DNA of 64,000 nucleotides, from NCBI GenBank assembly GCA_965637545.1, contig OZ281497.1, forward strand, positions 21,204,001 through 21,268,000, given 5' to 3'. Each line of letters opens with the position of its first letter. Within the stretch, counting starts at the first letter, position 1. The position numbers were made by a program, and so were the translations under genes. This document shows, piece after piece, positions 53,962-61,100 of this stretch. Under the pieces are notes generated by a model. It was not told the origin of the DNA. It was given only the letters and a program-made list of their open reading frames with translations, and searched no databases. Source of the DNA: Phallusia mammillata (taxonomy: Eukaryota).

Positions 53962-54456
53962 ACGGGCTTGCGCTGTCCAAACTAATTTCTACCTTATGCA
54001 AAATCGTGTTGTTTATAATTTATAACCGTTCCACTTTGTACTAATTTTATTTCATCTACATAAGTGCAATGTTTGCTTCGAAGAATTGACTTGAACTGCA
54101 AGTGATTGAAGACCGACCCCAAAAGGAAAGTGTTGGCAAAAAGAGAGCATGTGTATGTAGCAAAAAAAGCGGTACCCCACTTTGTATTTTGTAAATTTGT
54201 GATTTGCAGTATATAACGAAAGCTCATGGTTGAAATCACGAAATAAACTAATCTTAAAGATGAACACATGGTATTGCAATATAATTTGCAACTTAAAAAA
54301 ATGTTGGCCATGGTGTGAGCCAGTTTCCTTTGTGGTGTATGCCCACTTATGGCATCGCACAGAATAGATGAGGCATGGGTTTTTACCCTGTTACCCCAAC
54401 AACATGTAGTGCCGTCGTATGGCTACACTAATCAATACGGCCGATCTCTTGTCACC

Positions 54457-54506
54457 AGCTGCACTGATGATACCGTATAGGTCTAAACAGTACACTGTCT
54501 GCAGCT
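54457..54506 (+). ncRNA. Type I hammerhead ribozyme relic (HHR3) with G12 to U change
   Basis: AGCTGCA CTGATGA T ACC-gtata-GGT C TAAA CAG-taca-CTG TC TGCAGCT. Perfect 7-bp stem I, 4-bp stem III, GUC triplet, but TAAA replaces GAAA and G10.1 is missing. Confidence 0.75.
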
Positions 54507-55156
54507 TATAAAAACTTTTGTTTGCAAAAACTATAAGCACTCCGACGTTTCTCTAATTTCCAACGATACTGACAAATCATATATTTTAGACCAGGGCGCT
54601 ACGCACAACCGTCTTATAATGCATCATGTATATTCAGCTTATGTTTGTGGGTATTAAGGCTAAAAAATCATGAATAACACTTGTTTCAGAGTAATCAGCC
54701 TATATCGTACTCCCTAAAAGAAAAATTGATCAAAACATTAACGTACAACAGCGGCGTTGGAAATGTTTCAATTTCAATTATTTCCGAAGCAATAAATAAA
54801 ATAACGTTGAAGCCGTTACTTCAAACAAATGTAGTTTTCTATACATAATATACCATGAAAAGAGACACCTCTTATTTGACACTTTTTGTTGTTGATTATA
54901 TTATTAACATAACAATCTTATTGGTAGAATAACAGCTGACACATTCGCGTATAGACAGCGAAAGTCTGGAGTACAATCCTTACATGTAGCACGAATAACC
55001 AACACTTTTAAATAAAGTTCAATTTTATCAGTAGTTCGCCAAAGACAATAATAAACAAGTGCATTTGTAAGGTAAAAATTTGCGTCAGGTATAACTATTA
55101 TGTAGCAAAGACGCCAGTTTCTGGATATCTGATTGATTTATTATTTTCGGGTCTGT

Positions 55157-58100
55157 TCACAACTTTGATTGAGATTTGAAAAGCACTTCTAGCTTCTGTG
55201 CTAGAAATACGTTTCCCGTTGCTTCAATATTCCCCTTCAAAAACAGCTAGAATGCAAAAAAAACTTACATAAAAATTGTACTGATAAGCATTTAAAAAGA
55301 GTAATTACACAAACACTAACTTAATTAAAACCAACTAGTCATTTGGGGAAAATACAAAATATCTGTCGTGTGCAGTTGTACAAAACTTTTTTAATTTACT
55401 TCTTATAACGGTTCCTTTGCAACTTTTCGAGCAATCGCGGTCCAAGCCAAATATATTTGTGAAATTAAATGATTAACTAGATTCTATTTGAATAAGAACG
55501 ACTGAAGATGCGCTTTTGGGGTGAAATATATATCGTTAAACAACTTTGTTGACTGATTTTGATTAGGAAGCACGGTTGCTTCGTCAATTATTCTTACATA
55601 TCATTTTAAATATAATCAGTGATCGTCGACAAAAAAGATGCCTAACTACTTGCGGGAGATCCTGTACCAAACACTAAATGTCAGTTAACTAAACCCGGTT
55701 TTAATTATTTCTATTCCCACAACAAAGGTAATTTATTCCTATTCCCACAACAAAATGTAGGACGCATTTTGTTTACTGCAGTTTCGTAAGATTAACTTGC
55801 GTGCAAATGACTCAAGTTCAGTGCCGGATTAACCATTAGGCAAAGTAGGCACGTGCCTACAGGCCAGTCAAAAATCCAGGCCACTTTAAAATCAGGCAAC
55901 ACTGATAATTCTAATTTTTTAGTTGACAATCCCGATTTCCGGACCACTTATACATTGTGCCTACAGGCCTGCAGACCCTTAATCCAGCACTGCTCAAGCT
56001 CAATTTATTAAGTCAGAAATAAGATGAAAATAGTAATAAAATTGTTCTCGAATAATCGCATTTTGTGTTACTTGAAAATAAGAGAACAGCTGGTCTATTA
56101 TATTTAAAAATACACTTTCTTCATAAACCAACTTTTATACCTGGGTTACGTATTTTGCATTGTTACGTCATCACTTGCCTTTTTGGGGTTAGTAGTCCCT
56201 TTGAATAGTTCGATCACATCTTCTTCTGCTATAGTAATAGTACAATCAGCGTTGGCAGCTTTTCCGCGGACTATTTTACCACGTCCACTCAACAGGTCCA
56301 TTTCTGCAGCAAAAACAAAAAATATTTTTTCACCATATACTTACTATTTTTGACTTCCCTTTATGTCAAATAAAAATATCATGGGCGCCGGCAGAAGAAT
56401 TTGCAAGTTTGTGAGGACAAATACTTTTACAAAGCCTACATACTTCATGGATGGATTACGATAAAGCTGAAACATTCTACGATGTAAAAAATTCCCCAGC
56501 ACGTCCATTACGTGATACCATTTTGTTTGTTCGAAACACAGTAACGGCAGAATATAGCCATTTTAGGGTATACATTGAAATATCAAAGTGGAAGGGGAAG
56601 GTTCTCGGTTTTGCAGAAAAGCTGACTTTATTTTTGAGCTCAGACCATGAGTGCGCAAACTTCTCGCTGTGACGTTTGCATCATAGAATTCTAAATCTAG
56701 ACTTGTATGTAAGCATCGCAGATACATTTTTCACCAACGGCCGCCCAGTGTCTTGTTTTTGTTGATAAAATATTGAAGAAAAATAGGTTCGTCTCATATA
56801 TGTACTATCTAATTGCGCCAGGATTAATTTCTAACTTAATCCACATATTAAGCTGAATAGTCTAACGATCTGTCCTTATTGCTTATGACGTCACCATCGA
56901 CCTTGTGACGCTTGAATTGGTGCCTTTTTTCGCAACTGTGGCTCACAATGGGTGTACAAAAAGTTGGACACATCTGCCTACTGGGCTGACAATACTCTTT
57001 TCAGGTTGTGCACCCCCGGCTTAGAAAGACCTCCTGGCTTGCAGTACACACTCACCCCATTCTCTTGCCACTTTTCCATCCGTTGTGATGTACCATTGGA
57101 AAATCGCGTTGACCTTTTTCACGATCTCTGGAGTCAAAGTTTTGGCAGTTTCCTCGAAAAACGCGTCGCTCGCCAAAGAAGTCGAAGGTCCCTGCTAGGC
57201 AGCAATACAGATATTTTTGTTCACAATGTTTTAGCACATATACATGAAGTTACCGCAATTCCTTTACTATCAGATTGTATGTGACTATTACTAATTACCG
57301 TTTATCGACAGATTTCCTTTGGGTTATTATGCTTTAACTGTGTAGAAAAGTGATTCTAAACCTTTTGTGGTGGAGCCACTAAAATTTGGCGTTAACTAAT
57401 AGCGCAAAGTTTTGGCGACCCAAATCTTAAAATAAATTATTTCAATGTCACAGAGCCTTCCTTGAACCGCTATACTTGACAGCCAAACCAAAGCAAATAA
57501 CGTACTATTTTTGGGTCGTGACTGAGGACTGAAGAAGCACTGTTGCAGAGCCAGAAGATACATAAAACTTGTAAACAGTCAGTTGACCCCTAAACTATAA
57601 TATACGCCTTGTAGTGACGGTGCATCTGCAACGCGTTTAGCTTTCATCCACCAATTGTGCCCTCCATTTTTATGCGCTCCAAAACGTTTCACCGTTGCGC
57701 AGCTATTTACAGCTTGGTGATTGTTTTAGTGCAGTGGTTCACAACCTCTTTGTTGCTACAGTACAGAACTTTATTGAGATTTAGAACTGTGAATGTTGAT
57801 TAAAATGCTGCGCAAAAAGTATAATAATGTATAATGCAAGAAACGAAAAACATAAAGAGACTTACGAAAAATTACGTTGGCGGTCCTCTGGCGTATAAAA
57901 TTTATAAAAGGGGTCCGTGACTACAGAAAGGTTGGGAAGTGTAATTGTGTCGCTATGTTGTCTTTCACCAAGCGAAATAAACTCAACAACTCATATCAAC
58001 CAGTTTCGAGACCAGAGAACAAGTTATTGCCTATAGTCACAATCAAAACCGTATTTTAAACAGAAACCTTTATTTTATAAATTAATAATCGGGATATCAG

Positions 58101-61100
58101 TCATAGCCGCTAAAGATACCTCCTTTGGTGCACTAGAAGTTGGTGCTGCATCAGTGTTAAGATCAACGTAAGCTCCGGTCAAGCACGCCTTACCGCTCTC
58201 TGCTACCACCGTCCGGAAAAACACACGACTTCCTTCTTTCCACATTTCAGTGCGAAGGGTTTGTCCTGGAATAACCGGAGATGCAAAACGAACCTAAAGC
58301 AAAAAAAATACCGCTAAAAATTGTTTGAAACATTCCAATGTAATATATGTGGGTACTGTGATGGGATTTTAGGCAGTCAAATTTCTTAACAAATATCCCA
58401 CACATGTAAATAAAAGTTTTCTTCATTTAAAGTCGGGATTTGTTTGAGTTTTTTTACGAACCTATAATTCATTTGAACGCCTATGATGGTTTTACACAGT
58501 TAAATATGTTTTGCGTACATTTTCACCGACATTGGGCCTATGTGTTTACACTTTTGCTTTTAAATACTGATGATGCTATAAAGGCGAAATATATGTATCG
58601 CAAAATATAAAGGATGAATGACTTGATATTTTTCATAAACTTCAATTAATTAAGATGCTGTTACATCATTTTATGATATAACACGGTATATAAGTCAAAG
58701 GAACATTTGAAATAAGCAACAAGAACTTGGTCACACAAATAGCCATAAACACTCGGAACCCTCATCCCTTTTATATTCGGTTATGTAGTAAAGCGCATTT
58801 GTCCAGTCAGCATCTCTAGGTGAATGGTCTTTTGTTTTTAGATCAACGTCTTTCAAAACGCGATTTCGTAGTATTTGGTTTGTACGCAATGTTTTATGAT
58901 TCGCAAGAACTGCTAACTAAAGTCGCATTATCGGTGCCAACTCAAGTGTAACTGAGAACTTCATCTCTCGAGTAAATGCCCTTCTCTCTCCTTTTTCAAA
59001 TATTGCTCTCTGGTTTTCAGTATATATGGACTGTAAGAGTTGGAGTTAATACTCCACTGTGCATTTCTCGTTTACGTTGTAGTTCGCTGAATTTCGTGTC
59101 TCTTTGCTAAATTTCGGTATTTTGCTAAATATAATTCTAACCATATAAAATGCAGTGGCGTTGCACTTTACTTCAGGATAGGCAACTGAGAATAAATAAG
59201 ACTCATCACAGTGGTAAAAGGAACTCACGAGCGACCTATTTTAATACGTAGCAATAATCACTTGACAATCCCGATTAGTTCACACTCTTATCGAATAAAC
59301 AGATACCAAGTTGATCGCAATATTTCTGGTGCCCCAATAGATGCGTTAATAAAATAAGCAACGAGCTGGGATATTCTAGTTTCAAGTTTAAAGTGTTAAG
59401 AACGCCTATGAAGTCTTTTTTTTTCTTTTAAACCAGTGGTTCACAAACTTTTTTATTATTTTTTCAAAACGGCCCCTTTGCCATTATTTCGAGGGCTCGC
59501 GGTCCTTAATGTGTATTTCAGAAAAACGAAAGTTGATTGCAGGATTTTAGCTAGTTATGCAAAATTGCGCATAACAAAGATCCAAAGACAGCATGTGACA
59601 TCACAGACAAGACAAAAACATTACGATTGTGCGCGAAAAATTACATTTTTGTTAATTGTAATGCAATAAAGGCTATTGTTTCGCAATGGATACAGTCGAT
59701 TCTCAATCCTACTTTGATTTAAACATATTTAGAGGCACAAACTGACTCCAAATAAGATTATAAAATTATATCAACCTTTTCGCGATCCCCCAAAAATTGC
59801 CTCACGGACCACAAAAGGACCGCGGACCCCAGTTTGAGAACCGCTGTTTTAAACGAATAAACAAACTCTCCAAGCTTTTATCAAATGCTTCGCGTTACAT
59901 AAAAATCGCACATTTTTAGCACATACCTTGACAGCTTTGATCATCTTAGGGTCGTTGTTTCCATACTGTTCCATTACATGTCGGGTGGAGAAGCCAAAGG
60001 AACAGAGCCCGTGCAAGATCGGCTCTTTGAAGCCACCCATAGCGGCAAAACCTGGGTCGATATGCAATGGATTGTGATCACCACTCAATCTATACAAGGC
60101 GGCTTGGTCGACGTTGGTCTTTTGCTCAATTACTGCGTCTGGTGCTCGCGTTGGTGGTGATACCACAGTCTGGTATATAAATATAAATTAGCTTTTTATT
60201 TGTGCAGATATGCTTTGACAGCTCAAAAGTTTTAGATTCCTCCCCCCAAAAAAACGATAGAAAAACGCATACTTAATTTTGAGCGTAAGCTTGCTCTCGA
60301 CCCAACATTTTATTCCTACGCGTCTTGAGAAAATATGTTTTGCGTGCACGCACATAAAGAACTATAGCGTTGTATATATTATAGATATGCAAAATCTTTT
60401 AAAGAAGGTTTGGTTATAGCACTTTTTTTATTTTTTAGATTTAATATGTTTCACGCTTTACTTTGCACTAAGTAATAAAAATCCGTTTTAAACGCTCGTT
60501 CGTTGTAGATTTGTCTAAATGTGTTTGGAAAGTTAACAGTTCAACACAGAAGACTCCATTTTCCCGGTAATATACCGGATGCGTACAAAAGCGTAAGCTC
60601 TGGGCAAGCACAAGCATATGGGTACAGCCCTTTGTGGACAACAAAAAAACTGCATGAGCAAACCCACGTAATTTTACCTTCTGCTTATCGGATGTTCTCT
60701 GTCCCCGAAAGCCACCAGCTCCAATTATATACGTCACAAATTGATTTAAACAAACTTTATCACCTGATTCGTCAAACGTTTCAGCTGTAAAAACAAACCG
60801 TTTTCTTTTTTGAGCTTTAAATGGATTGTAAATGTTTAAAACTAGCGTTGAAATTTGTCAATGCGGTTCCGATTTTTTCAGTTTTTAATTTGTTACAACA
60901 GTATGTTAAATTTACCGAATAAACAAAAAAGTCTATGAAATATGCTTGGTAACAAAACTAAAAGTTTAGCAGTCTGTTATAGTTTTTTTAATGTGTGTGT
61001 GTCAAATTCTTTGGTGTTTACTTTAAAGTTTGTTGCAAGGAACCAAGTGCGTTGCACCCTAACTCACCATTGACAATCAGTACGCAACCAGAGCCCTTGT

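Noticed and set aside
55481-55530. Functional SL RNA gene (SL exon plus GCTTTTGG resembling an Sm site)
   Set aside because: No GT donor after the SL exon; the Sm-like string is better explained as stem-loop II of the hammerhead.
49835-58711. Shared 18-mer GTCAAAGGAACATTTGAA at 49835-49852 and 58694-58711
   Set aside because: Flanks do not align and the orientation is wrong for paralogous intron homology; chance or a tiny repeat fragment.
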